A stretch of 64,000 bases of DNA from Malacoraja senta (GCA_038087875.1 CM075991.1:8930001-8994000), one strand, 5' to 3'; shown: positions 1-12,318, numbered from the stretch's first letter. Numbers and translations are program-made. The notes: generated by a model from the sequence alone, not told the origin.

Positions 1-500
1 TGGTTGCTTCCTGCAACAAGGCTCCACACATCAATCAATGCTTCTGGCTCCTCAAGTAGGATTTTAGTATGCACACTATGATTGAAGTTCATCATTTTCT
101 AATTAACCCTACTGGGCAGTTGACCCAACTCACAATAAAGGAGTTTTATCAATGAAGTTTTACAATTTCATTTCCAGCTCAAAGAAAAGTGAAGTTTTTG
201 AATTAATCAAATAAGTTAATTTGATTCTCTTCATAAAAATGCATTCTCCATATCAGCATTTCTCAATTGGGAATTTGCCAGACAGGTCTGGAGCAGCAGC
301 CAATTGAAATGTGGTCTGCAGCTTGGCAAATCAAGTTAGTGTTGCAGAACTGTTTTTTTATAATTAAGTTGGGTCCTCTCTATCCAACTTGCCTCTTCTT
401 GTGGGTCAACTCATTCTTCTTGTCTCTCCTCCTGCCCCTGAAGTCCATCACATTTTTCTCATTGTTTGCAAATTTTTGCACTGTCTGGAAATGTCAAAAT

Positions 501-1380
501 ATAGATACATAGAAACATAGAAAATAGGTGCAGGAGTAGGCCATTCGGCCGTTTGAGCCTGCACCGTCATTCAATATGATCATGGCTGATCATCCAACTC
601 AGTATCCCGTACCTGCCTTCTCTCCATACCCCCTGATCCCCTTAGCCACAAGGGCCACATCTAACTCCCTCTTAAATATAGCCAATGAACTGGCCCCAAC
701 TACCCTCTGTGGCAGAGAGTTCCAGAGATTCACCACTCTCTGTGTGAAAAAGTTTTTCCTCATCTCGGCCTTAAAGGATTTCCCCCTTATCCTTAAGCTG
801 TGACCCCTTGTCCTGGACTTCCCCAACATCGGGAACAATCTTCCTGCATCTAGCCTGTCCAATCCCATAAGAATTTTGTACGTTTCTATAAGATCCCCTC
901 TCAATCTCCTAAATTCTAGCGAGTATAAGCCGAGTCTATCCAGTCTTTCTTCATATGAAAGTCCTGACATCCCAGGAATCAGTCTGGTGCAATTTCTCTG
1001 CACTCCCTCTATGGCTATAATGTCCTTCCTCAGATTTGGAGACCAAAACTGTACGCAATACTCCAGGTGTGGTCTCACCAAGACCCTGTACAACTGCAGT
1101 AGAACCTCCCTGCTCCTATACTCAAATCCTCTTGCTATGAAGGCCAACATACCATTCGCTTTCTTCACTGCCTGCTGCACCTGCATGCCTACTTTCAATG
1201 ACTGGTGTACCATGACACCCAGGTCTCGCTGCATCTCCCCATTTCCTAATCGGCCACCATTTAGATAATAGTCTGCCTTCCCGTTTTTGCCACCAAAGTG
1301 GATAACCTCACATTTATCCACATTATACTGCATCTGCCAAACATTTGCCCACTCACCCAGCCTATCCAAGTCATCTTGGC
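501..1380 (-). mobile_element. CR1-clade LINE (HER1-like), 5'-truncated: RT C-terminus, 3' UTR and TATGTTTC/TATGTATC-type tail
   Basis: ORF 599..1399 encodes QDDLDRLGEWANVWQMQYNVDKCEVIHFG...LVRPHLEYCVQFWSP...RRLRGDLIETYKIL...FFTQRVVNLWNSLP, typical of the CR1 ORF2 C-terminus. Near-identical copies at 6061, 12370 and 33517. Confidence 0.95.
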
Positions 1381-1382
1381 AT

Positions 1383-1841
1383 TGATAAAAAAAATACATC
1401 TCTTGATGCTCCTGAACACATCATCGGTGATGTAACCTGGGATTCATTGGGTGTTTCGGGTCTTTCAACATCAGACACCCTCACCCAGGCGACCCAGCCG
1501 TGGTTGATCAGACCACGACTTGTGTTCAGGTGGCATTCGCTCCTCCCCATGGACCTCCTCTCCTGATCCAGAGCCATCTCGAGGCTTTCTCCGCAGCCTC
1601 TGTGGTGTTCTTGATGGCTCTTGTCCTCGCCACTCCGTTGACGCCCAGTGCGCTCAAGGCTTTGTAGAGCGATTGCCCTGCAAAACCTCTGCAGCCAACC
1701 TCGATGGCCAAACACCTTGCCTTCCAACCCTGCTTACGGCAGTTTATGACCAGTTCTTCATACTTGGTCATCTTCCTCTCGTGGGCCTCCTCCAGACGGT
1801 CCTCCCACGGCACTGTCAGTACCAACAAGACGATGTTTTGT
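1383..1841 (-). mobile_element. Hero-like (restriction-like-endonuclease clade) non-LTR retrotransposon 3' end
   Basis: ORF 1526..1828 LTVPWEDRLEEAHERKMTKYEEL...GWKARCLAIEVGCRGF...AAEKASRWLW matches the RLE C-terminus of Hero-type elements. A 3' UTR follows, down to about 1383. Confidence 0.8.
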
Positions 1842-2429
1842 CATGAATCTCTCCGACCATGGTGCTTTGAGGGAAGAGACACAAAAAGCTGGAGTAACTC
1901 AGCGGGTCAGGCAGCATCATCTGGAGCAAAGGAAGAGGTGACGCTTTGGATCAAGACCCTCCTTCGGACTGAGAGTCAAGGGATCAGCCATGATCATATT
2001 GAATGGCGGTGCAGGCTCGAAGGACCGAATGGCCTACTCCTGCACCTATTTTCTATGTATCTATGTATCTATGAGAGGAAAACGAAAGATAGAGGGTGTT
2101 ACAGACCTCTCGTCGGAGGAGAGGAGGAGAAATGTTACCTATTTCCTTCGCTCCATAGATGCTGCTGCACCCGCTGAGTTTCTCCAACACTTTTGTCTAC
2201 CTTTGATTTTCCAGCATCTGCAGTTCCTTCTTAAACACGGAGGAGAGACCTTGATGAGGTATAGCTGTGGAGCCGACAAAATGTGAACTGCAGATGCTGG
2301 TTTACTCCGAAGATAGACACATCAAGCTGGAGTAACCCAGCGGGTCAGGCAGCATCTCTGGAGAAAAGGAATAGGTAACGTTTTGGGTCGAGACCCTTCT
2401 TCAGACTGAGAGTCAGGTGAGAGGGAAAC

Positions 2430-3400
2430 AAGAGATATTTGAGAGGATGGTTTTGGAATACATTAAGCCCAGTTTAACAAGCAACATTGACCCATTGCAA
2501 TTCACCTACTGCCACATCAGGTCCATGGCGGTCATTTCCCTGGCCCTACATTCATCCCAGGAATACCTGGATAAGAGAGGCACCTTCGTCAGACTTCTAT
2601 TTATGGACTACACTCTGTTTTAATACCATTATCCTATCCAAGTTCAACTCTAAACTCGGGGAATTTGGAGTCACCACTCACCTCTGCAACTGAATCCTCG
2701 ACTTCCTGCCCAAACAGACCACAATTAGTGAGGATAGGTGATAAATTATCCTCTATGATAATCCTCAAGACTGGTGCCCCACAGAGATGCATTCTCAGTC
2801 CCCCTTTTGTTTCATTACACCTCCATAGCTGTGTAGCCAAATACCACTCCAGTACTCGATTTACAAATGCGCAGAAGACACCACCGTGGTGGGCCAGATG
2901 TCAAATAATGATGATACGATGTAGAGAAAGGAGATTGAGAATCTTGTAACCTGGTGCCAAGGCAACAAACTTTCGCTCAATATTAGCAAGATAAATAAGA
3001 TTGGAATCGATTGGAATCACCAGCAATTTGTCCTTGACCACCCATACTGAAGCAATGGCCAAGAAAGCACACCAACGCCTTTACTTCCTTAGAAGGCTTA
3101 GGAGGTTCAGCATAACCCCAAGCACTGTAAAAAGTATTTTATCGGGATGCAACACAGCATGGTTTGGGAACAGCTCCATCCAAGACAGCAGGAATTTGCA
3201 GAAAATTGTGGACGCAGCCCAGACCATCGCGCAAACCAACCTCCCTTCCATTGACCCCATCTACACTCCCTCTTCTCCCCTCACCCATCAGGCACGAGGT
3301 ACAGAAGTGTCCAGAATCAGGGACAGTTTCTTCACAGCTGTTATCAGCCAACTGGTCCATCCCCTCACCAACCAGAGAGCGGTCCTGACCTACTATCTAC
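2430..3400 (+). mobile_element. Degenerate Rex/Babar-type LINE RT fragment
   Basis: Frameshifted motifs DPLQF, VRLLFMDY, TGAPQRCILSP and KKAHQRLYFLRRLRRF in ORFs 2417, 2665 and 3001. Confidence 0.85.
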
Positions 3401-4817
3401 CCGACATGTGTAGAAAAACCTGCCTCGCACATCTCCTTTAGACTTTTCCCCTCTTATCTTAAATCTATGTCCTTTAGCATTTGATATTTCCATTTTGGGA
3501 AAAAGATTCAGACTATCCACCCTATCATGACTTAATATACTTCTATCAGGTCTCCCCTCAACCCTAGGCTTTCTAGAAAACACAGTCCAAGGTTGTCCGA
3601 CATCTCCCCCTAGTCATTCTGGCATGGTTCTGGTTAACCTCCTCTCCACCCTTTCCAAAGCCTCCACATCCATCCTGCAATGGGGCAACCACAACTGCAT
3701 GCAATACTCCACATGTACGATATCATTTGCCTGGATCGTAACCAAAACAAATTTATTTACTGATCTCACAATAATAATCCAATACTAATATCAATTAATA
3801 TTTTAAATGTCATACAGGGAGTTTAAAACCAGCATCTGTAGTTCCTTCCTACCCATCTTTTTTCTTCAAAGACGCTGCCTGGCCGGCTGAGTTACTCCAG
3901 CACTTTGTGTCTATCTTCGGTATAAATCTGCAGTTCCTTCCGCCACTAAATGTGTCAGGCAGCATCTCTGGACATTTTAGGTTGGGGCCCTTTTTCCGAT
4001 GGTGGAGATGAGGAAAGATAGCTGGTAGGAAGAGCTATCTAGCTGATAGGAAGTGTTGAGGCAAGGGCTGGCAAGAGATGGTTGGATCCATGCTTCTGTG
4101 ATGCATTAGTGCATGACTATATCCCATCTCTGGCTAAAGTAATGTACCTTTGCCAGTGTATTCAAGCATATGGTTTACAAAGGTATAGCATGCAGATAGT
4201 ACCCCATGGTCCCCTTGGGTGGACAGCTCCAAAGAAGCACTGTCCTTCAGGTGATGGAATTGTTTCTCATCTTGGTCCTAAATGGCAAAGCATGGATGGA
4301 TGGGCTGAATGGCCTAGTCGTATCCTAGTTTCTATGTTGTCCCCTTATTGTGACACTGCAGCCCCAACTTCTGATCACTTATGTATAAGATCATGAAAGG
4401 AATAGATCGGGCAAACGTAGTATTTTACCCAGAGTTGGGGAATCAACGACCAGAGGAGCAGGGAATGATTTCATAGGAACCTGAGGAGCGATGTTTATTA
4501 CACAAAGGGTGGTGGGTTGGATCCAAGTAGGGTGGGATTGATGGGCAGTCAGGTCAGGTGTGGGGGGGGGGGGGGAGGAGGAGGGGGGGGCGCAAGGTGG
4601 GTGGAGATGGGAACTAAGGCTGGATGAAAGGTGTGCAAATAGTGAACCTGTCTGGGACCAAAACGGGAGGCCTGGAAGCAGAGCTGGACGCCACTTGGGA
4701 CAAGATGGTTTCGGGGACAAGTACTGGGGAAGGCCATGTGGCTGTGGTAGCAAGTCTGGGCGGGATCACGGTGGCGGAGCAGGAGAACCATAGGAACCAC
4801 AGAGGGGGAGCAGGTTA

Positions 4818-5049
4818 GGGCGGCATAGCGGTGCAGCGGTAGAGTTGCTGCCTTACAGCGCCAGAGACCCGCGTTCAATCCTGACGTGCGGAATTTTTAC
4901 ATTCTCCCTTGGGCTCTGGTTTCCTCCCACACTCCAGAGACAGGTTTGCAGGTTAAGCAGCATCTGTGAATTGTCCCAAGTATGCGGCATAGTGCTTGTC
5001 GGTCCAGATGCGATGGGCCGAAGGGCCTGTCTCCTCTCTGTAACTAAAC
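4818..5049 (+). mobile_element. tRNA-derived V-SINE (HE1-like), internally deleted
   Basis: Head GGGCGGCATAGCGGTGCAGCGGTAGAGTTGCTGCC, B-box-like GTTCAATCC, core TTTCCTCCCACACTCC, tail GGGCCGAAGGGCCTG. Confidence 0.8.
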
Positions 5050-6060
5050 TGCTCCAATTTCTTGCAGTCTACTCTTCATCTTGAATCCAACACTTCATAA
5101 GTGACAGGAGCGGAATTAGGCCACTCGGCCCATCAAGTCTATTCCGCCATTCAATCATGGCTGATCTATCTCTCCCTCTTGACCCCATTCTCCTGCCTTC
5201 CCCGCACAATCCCTGACACCCGTACTAATCAAGAATCTATCAATCCCTGTCTTAAAAACATCCATTGACTTGTCCTCCACAGCCGCCTGTGGCAATTAAT
5301 TCCTCAGATTCACCATCCTCTGACTAAAGAAATTCCTCCTCATCTCCTTCCAAAAAAAACGTCCTTTTATTCTGAGGCTGTGTCCTCCGGTCCTACACTC
5401 TCCCACTAATGGAAACATCCTCTCCAGATCCACTCTATCATAATTAGCAGTCAGTTGCTTAAGATGTTAACCACAAAGTCATTTCCCGCAAGGATCCAGT
5501 CTTCAATCTTGGTTTTCCCATTTTCCAATGCCTGCTGTGAGTTACTCAGCAGTAGTTACCCAAACCCAATCATTTCTTACAAACAGGATTCAGGAAACTA
5601 TAATTCATATTTCAAACACCATACAAAGAGCTAAACACTGGAACATAAAATTTTAAGTAGAAACTGAAATATCATAAACATTAAAATAAACCAAATAACA
5701 TATTTCTAAATATGAGGATTTTAAAATATATTCATGTTGGGGGAATTGCAATGAAAACAGGAGAAATTAGTTTCTGAGGGCCTGATAATTTGCTAAGCAG
5801 TAACTGTGACCAGCGTGCAATTAAACCCAGTTGGATTCTAACTAAACACACAGGGTACTTTACAGCAGAAATGGTTTGTAAACATAGGATATTTGCATCA
5901 GTTCTTGTGCTTCTCGTGATTCTGGTTGAGAAAGCTGTGGACAGAGAGATGAATCACTAAAACCAAACTCAGGATTCAAAACTGCAAAGGAAATTAGCAA
6001 GAGTAGGCCATGTAGCTTTTTGAGACTGTTCCACCTGTTAATATGATCAACAGAGAACGT

Positions 6061-6490
6061 AGATACATAGATACATAGAAAATAGGTGCAGGAGTAGGCC
6101 ATTCGGCCCTTCGAGCCTGCACGGCCATTCAATATGATCATGGCTGATCATCCAACTCAGTATCCCGTACCTGCCTTCTCTCCATACCCCCTGATTCCCT
6201 TAGCCACAAGGGTCACATCTAACTCTCTCTTAAATATAGCCAATGAACTGGCCTCAACTACCCTCTGTGGCAGAGAGTTCCAGAGATTCACCACTCTCTC
6301 TGTGTGAAAAGGTTTTTCCTCATCTCGGTCTTAAAGGATTTCCCCTTATCCTTAAGCTGTGACCCCTCATCCTGGACTTCCCCAACATCGGGAACAATCT
6401 TCCTGCATCTAGCCTGTCCAACCCCATAAGAATTTTGTACGTTTCTATAAGATCCCCTCTCAATCTCCTAAATTCTAGCGAGTATAAGCC
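6061..6490 (-). mobile_element. CR1/HER1-like LINE 3' end
   Basis: Near-identical to 511-930, with GLYSLEFRRLRGDLIETYKIL. Confidence 0.95.
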
Positions 6491-6609
6491 AGAACATAAC
6501 GCATTGAACAGTACTGCACAGGAACAGGCCCTTTGGCCCACAGTGTCCATGCCAAGGTAAATTAAAATCCTCCACCTGTATGTGAATCATATTACCTCCA
6601 TTGTTACCT

Positions 6610-7377
6610 CCAGTGCTGGGGTCATTTTCGCCACCTCCAACGTGACCCCACCACTCGCCATATCTTCCCATCTCCCCCCCTGTCTGCTTTCCACAAAGAC
6701 CGCTCCCTCCGTAACTCCCTGGTTAATTCTTCCCTACCCACCCGCACCACCCCCTCCCCGGGCACTTTCCCTTGCAAACGCAAGAGATGCTACACGTGTC
6801 GCTTTACCTCCCCCCTCGACTCCATTCAAGGACCCAAGCAGTCGTTCCAGGTGCGACAGAGATTCACCTGCACCTCCTCCAACCTCATCTGTTGCATCCG
6901 CTGCTCTAGATGTCAGCTGATCTACATCGGTAAGACCAAGGGTAGGCTTGGCGATCGCTTCGCCGAACACCTCCGCTCGGTCTGCAATAACCAACCTGAT
7001 CTCCCGGTGGCTCAGCACTTCAACTCCCCCTCCCATTCCCAATCCGACCTTTCTGTCCTGGGCCTCCTCCATGGCCAGAGTGAGGACCACCGGAAACTGG
7101 AGGAGCAGCACCTCATATTCTGCTTGGGCAGTCTGCATCCCAGTGGCCTGAACATTGACCTCTCCAATTTCCGGTAGCCCTTGCTGTCTCCTCCCCATCT
7201 CAGCTCTCCCTCAGCCCTTGGGCTCCTCCTCTTCCTTTCTTCTTCCCCCCCCCCCCCCCCCCCCCCCCGCACCCTGTATCAGTCTGAAGAAGGGTTTTGG
7301 CCCGAAACGTTGCCTATTTCCTTCGCTCCATAGATGCTGCCGCACCCGCTGAGTTTCTCCAGCATTTTTGTCTACCT
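6610..7377 (+). mobile_element. Penelope-like element 3' part: GIY-YIG endonuclease plus terminal repeat carrying a hammerhead motif
   Basis: ORF 6851..7177 FTCTSSNLICCIRCSRCQLIYIGKTKGRLGDRFAEHLRSV...VAQHFN...RKLEEQHLIFCLGSLHPSGLN has the GIY-YIG pattern. CTGAAGAAGGGTTTTGGCCCGAAACGTT follows downstream. Confidence 0.92.
7284..7311 (+). ncRNA. Minimal hammerhead ribozyme motif (Penelope-type)
   Basis: CTGAAGA-A-[GGGTT TT GGCCC]-GAAAC-GTT: intact core with palindromic AACGTT stem III. Stem I pairing is weak. Confidence 0.7.
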
Positions 7378-7593
7378 CCATTCCTACATCTTCATGTGCC
7401 TTTCTAAAAGCTTCTTAAATGCCAGGACTCCCATCTATATTCCTGCTCTCTCCCCATATCCCTTTGCCTCCAGAAATGTATCTATCTTCCTAAATAGGAC
7501 ATGGCCTCCGTTGTAGACAAAAATGCTGGAGAAACTCAGCGGGTGAGGCAGCATCTATGGAGCGAAGGAATAGGACATGGCCTCTGTGGTAGT

Positions 7594-7895
7594 CTTCATC
7601 TTGTGTTTGAGGCAGCAGAAGTTATGTAACGCCCTCCAGGCGCTGCAGCCAGTGGGGCCTTCCCCGTTCAACTGCAGCAGGGCGATGCCATCCGGTTCCA
7701 CATCCGTAGATGCCCGCCCTAAAAGGGCGCATGCTCCGGGTTGGTGCCGAGCCGCGGCGACTGAGGTTGCGTTCGGGCTGCAAGCTGCGGCGACTGAGGT
7801 TGCATTATCTCTGCTGCTGTCTCTGTTTGTTGTCGTTCACCTGACTGAAGTCAGTTGACAGGACTCACCACGGGGAGGTCGACAGCATGAGCCCC
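7594..7895 (-). mobile_element. Short non-autonomous retroelement starting with an HDV-like ribozyme fold, 12-bp TSD
   Basis: TSD CTCTGTGGTAGT at 7582-7593 and 7896-7907. The minus strand ends ...CACAAGATGAAG and starts GGGGCTC-AT-GCTGTCG-ACC-TCCCCGT-GGT-GAGTCCT. Confidence 0.8.
7829..7895 (-). ncRNA. HDV-like ribozyme (catalytic C position reads T in this copy)
   Basis: P1 GGGGCTC/GAGTCCT, P2 GCTGTCG/CGACAAC, P3 ACC/GGT, L3 TCCCCGT, P4 CTGAC-TTCA-GTCAG, J4/2 TGAA (CGAA expected). Confidence 0.75.
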
Positions 7896-8151
7896 CTCTG
7901 TGGTAGTGAATGTCCTCTGGAGAATAAATCTCTCCTCATCTCAGCGTTGGACGTTTCGCTCCATTTCCTGAGACTGTGGACACTGGTTATAGACTCTCCA
8001 GCTGAGGGAATCATCCAGTCTGCCTGGCCCCAGTCAAAGGGCTACACTCCTTTAATATCTGGACAACTATCAATCTCTGCTTTGAGTAAACACGATAACT
8101 GAAACTTCTACCAAATCATTCTCATAGAGTGTGGGTAGCTAGATAAAATGT

Positions 8152-8350
8152 TCAAGAAGGAACTGCAGATGCTGGAAAATCGAAGGTAGACAAAAATGCT
8201 GGAGAAACTCAGCGGGTGCGGCAGCATCTATGGAACGAAGGAAATAGGCAACGTTTCGGGCCAAAACCCTTCTTCAGACTGAAGCAGGGTGGGAGGGGTG
8301 GGGGGCGGGATGAAGAAAGGAAGACGAGGAGCCGGAGGGCTGAGGGAGAG
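8152..8350 (-). mobile_element. Penelope terminal-repeat fragment with intact hammerhead core (8250-8277)
   Basis: Reverse complement of the terminal repeat at about 7205-7377, extended to CTGCAGTTCCTTCTT. Confidence 0.85.
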
Positions 8351-9199
8351 GCACTGATTTCTGGCGATACCCGGTCTAGTCGCAGTTCACCAACCTGAGA
8401 ACAAACCATTTACTGTATTCCCATTCTTTGCCTTCTGTCAAATAATCAACTCTCATTCCTGGAGGTGGATGCAATTGCAACTTTTAGGGGAGATTTGGGC
8501 AATTAGACGGGAGGCAAATGTGAATGGCCCAACATGCCAACTCGGTCGGCACTGGGCAGGGTGGGCCGAAGGGCCTGATTCCGTGCCGAATAGTTCTATG
8601 AATCCATGACTATGAAATAGTTATTGGATTGGAGATGGCTGTGAGAAATCCGAGGGAATTTTGGCATAGGAGGCTTTAAAAACAGCATTTGAATGTAGAT
8701 GTAAAATGTATCTGGAATTAGATGGGCCACAGACCAATACAGCTTTCGGTGAAAGCTAAAAACATATTTAAGTAATTGCACTTTCTGAATAAAAATGACA
8801 CATTGCCTTGTAGAACAAATTTGTATTCTTTAGTAACACGTCCTTATATTCTGTGTGTCACTCCCTTTTATTTCTCCTTCCTTCTCATTGATAACAGAGA
8901 GATAATTATAAACTCAGGGCATGGAGGAGTTATGCAAGGTCTAATTCCCGAGCTGACAGTTACATATTGGCTCATTAAATCAACCGAGTGGCTAAGTGCT
9001 TTTACTTTTGGATATTACACATTTCACTGGAAATTGGGAGATGGAACATGAACAAACTGGTTTCTTGTTTGAGGTCCGGCTGTGTAAAACAAAACGTGCG
9101 TTCTGTAGATGTTGGAGGCATTGGAGCACGTCAAACGCAAGAGAAGATATTCTCCGATGGTCGCACAATAGTGACCACCACACATAGATTTGCCTCTGT

Positions 9200-9526
9200 T
9201 TAGTTTAATTTAGTTTAGGTTAGAGATACAGCGCGGAAACAGGCCCTTCGACCCACCGAGTCCACACCGACCAGCGATCCCCGCACACTAACACTATCCT
9301 ACACACACGGAGGATAATTCTACATTCATACCAAGCTAATTGACCTACAAACCTGTACGTGTTTGGAGTGGGGGAGGAAACCGAAGATGTGGGTGAAAAC
9401 CCACGCAGGTCACGGGGAGCACGTGCAAACTCCGTACAGACAGCACCCGTAGTCCGGATCAAACCCATGTATCTGGCACTGCACGCGCTGTAAGGCAGCA
9501 ACTCTACCGCTGCGCTACCGTGCCAA
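9200..9526 (-). mobile_element. V-SINE (HE1-like), full length
   Basis: tRNA-like head at the right end, V core, (CTAAA)n tail at the left end. Confidence 0.9.
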
Positions 9527-10078
9527 CCATGAATACATGAATTGTAATCATGTATTGCCTTTACGCTGACTGGTTAGCACGCAACAAAAAGCTTTTTCCT
9601 GTACCTCGGTACACGTGACACTAAACTAAACTGATCTTAGGATCTGAGAGTCTTATCTGAATTGTATTAGCACAGCACACTGAAGAAGCTAATTTTCAAT
9701 TAATAAAATGCTTGCAACATCCTGAGAGTTTTAGGACCACTTTGATTGACTCGGGCTTTTAACATCCAAATACTTTGCAGCTCAATACAAGTTCTCCATG
9801 GAGTTTAAACTCATGAATACAACTCCTGACCTCTGAATGACTAGTCCTGTGATGTAAGGAATGTGGCTGTGAGCTGAACTTTCCACGTAACACGAGGCCC
9901 TGTTGGTCCCTGCACTCAAACAGGAGATACTCCTCCAAAGCTCTCGCTCGGAGGTGAATGGGATAGTTTGCTTGGAGCTTTGTCGCAACAGCTCAATTTG
10001 AATCTGGTCGGCCTAATAAAACAAATTCAGACCCACAATCTCACGGGAGGGAGAGTATCGCGGTGCCGAAGGACTGGG

Positions 10079-10518
10079 TTTTTTTCTCTTCAGAAATAAA
10101 TTTAATCAATTGTTGCAATAATATATACATACAAAACAATACCCAACAAACTCACCGTCATAATACAAAATCATCCAATTATCAAAACAAATATTCTTCA
10201 ATGTTACTGTACTCTTGAACAACTCCTATTACAATCCTTGTCAAGGATGCATTCCACCCCCCGCGGTGAACAGCGGTCCCGGAAGTCCCCCAGGGCGCCC
10301 ATGGACAGCGCGTAGTCCCTCTCTAGCTCCACCCGGGCGTGGACGTAACCCCGGGAAAGGGGCAGGCAGCCGGCTCGGGCAGAGCCCTCTTCCGCCTGGC
10401 GCCGTGACTGGCCGATGGCCAGCTTGGCCAGGCCCAGGAGCAACCCAACCAGGACATCTTCAGCCCCTACGCACAGGGTGCCCAAAGATGAGGATGGTGG
10501 GTGTGAAATGGCCAAAGC
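10079..10518 (-). mobile_element. Tx1-clade LINE 3' end
   Basis: HFTPTILIFGHP.../EDVLVGLLLGLAKLAI...CLPLSRGYVHARVELERDYALS...RGVECI resembles the Tx1 ORF2 C-terminus. An AT-rich 3' UTR and A-rich tail follow. Confidence 0.75.
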
Positions 10519-11334
10519 ACTGTGGGTTTGAGGGGGGAGAGCAAATGTTTGCAGCTGCTTTGAATGCCTTCTGAATAATAAACATGGAGATTTCTATCTG
10601 CCGCTCCGCTAACAATGCTTACTGACAGGCAGAGAGCGCTACAAAAAAATATTTATTTTGACAGTGTGGTGTACGACTATGTTACCGTTTGAGATTTATC
10701 CAGCACTTTTTCTTTACGCTGTAACAATGCGTTTTTTATGAACGGAAGTTGCTGCAGAACCAGATCGTGTCTTCTGCCATGAGTGCCAGTGGATTAACAA
10801 TCAGCCCCTTTATTTCAGACTGCACCAAGGTCAAATAGGTTAGAATCAGTTAGACAGGTACATGGATAGGACAGGTTTGGAAGGATATGGACCAAGCGCA
10901 GGCAGGTGGGATATGGACCAAGCGCAGGCAGGTGGGACTAGTGTAGCTGGGAGATACAACATGCTGGAGTAACTCAGAGGGTCAGGCAGCATCTCTGGAG
11001 AGAAGGAATGGATGAGGATTCGGGTTGAGACCCTTCTTCAGACTGATCTTCTTCAGACATAAGACCCACGTCTTAACCTTAGTGTAGATGGGACATGTTG
11101 GCCAGTGTGAGCAAGTTGGGCTGAAGGGCCTGTTTCCACACTGTATCACTCTATGAGTCTAATAATTGGAGAAATACCCAGCAGATTAGGCAGTATCACT
11201 GGAAAGAGAAAGAGTTGACGTTTTGGAACACCCTTAAGAGAAAACTGCAGATCTTGGGATCTGGAACAACAAACAATCTTTTGGAGGAACTCAACGGGTC
11301 AAGCAGCATCTGTGGGGTAAAAGGGAATTAATTT

Positions 11335-11641
11335 TGTTTAGTTTAGAGATACAGCGTGGAAACAGGCCCTTCGGCCCACCTAGTCCGCGCCAACCAGTGA
11401 TCCCCGTACACTAGCACTATCCTACAAATAAGGGACTATTTACAATCTTTACCAAAGCCAATTAACCTACAAACCTGTACATCTTTCGAGTGTGGGAGCA
11501 AACCGGAGTACCCGGAGAAAACCCACGCGGTCACCGGGAGATCATACAAATTCCGTAGAGACAGCACCCGTAGTCAGGATTGAACCTGGGTCTCCGGGGC
11601 TGTGAGGCAGCAACTCTACCGCTGCGCCACCGTGCCGCCCG
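11335..11641 (-). mobile_element. V-SINE (HE1-like), full length
   Basis: Same head/core/tail architecture as the other copies. Confidence 0.9.
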
Positions 11642-12014
11642 AATTGACATGTCTGGGACCCTTTGAAGGGTTTCAGACTCATCTCTGAGACTCTGAAGAA
11701 GGGTTTCGACTCAAAACATCACCTAGTCCTTTTCTCCAGAGATGCTGCCTGACCCGCTGAGTAACTCCAGCATTTTGTGCCTATCTTCGGTGTAAACCAG
11801 CATCTGCAGTTCCTTCCTACTAATAACATTGATACAATTAAAGGGATGCTGGATAAATACAAGAGAGAGAAAGGATGGAAGGATTTAACAGCAGTGTTGG
11901 GATGAAGACATGTGCGTAGACCGTTGTGTTTGGGATAGATCTGTGGGATTCACTGGACTTTCCTATCGCTTTCCATTCCATCTCCATTACCGACTCATCC
12001 CCCTTCCCGCCTAA

Positions 12015-12318
12015 GGGCGGCACGGTGGCACAGCGGTAGAGGTGCTGCCTCACAGCGCCAGAGACCTGGGTTCGATCCCGACTATGGGTGCTGTCTGTAC
12101 GGAGTTTGTACATTCTCCCCGTGGGTTTTCTCCCGGATTTCCAGTTTCCTCCCACACTCCAAAGACGTACAGGTTTGTAGGTTAATTGTCTTGGTGTAAA
12201 TGTAAATTGTCCCTAGCGTGTGCAGGATAGGGTAAGTGTGGCGGGGATCGCTGGTCATCGCGGACTCGGTGGGCCGAAGGGCCTGTTTCCAAGCTGTATC
12301 CCTGAACAAAACCAAAAA
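12015..12318 (+). mobile_element. V-SINE (HE1-like), full length
   Basis: GGGCGGCACGGTGGCACAGCGG...GGTTCGATCCC (A/B boxes), V core, tail. Confidence 0.9.

Noticed and set aside
1447..1481. Hammerhead-like string GGGTGT-CTGATGT-TGAAAGACCC-GAAAC-ACCC in the Hero 3' UTR (minus strand)
   Set aside because: The core reads CTGATGT rather than CTGANGA, and no stem II forms between the core halves. A plain hairpin explains it better.
4540..4815. GC-rich overlapping ORFs on both strands
   Set aside because: Low complexity (G-runs). The minus strand resembles a decayed Penelope region upstream of GIY-YIG.
10883..10936. 26-bp tandem duplication GGATATGGACCAAGCGCAGGCAGGTG
   Set aside because: Local slippage within a CR1 3' end.
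12015..12090. tRNA-like sequences (A/B boxes) at many positions
   Set aside because: These are SINE heads that continue into the V core, not tRNA genes.
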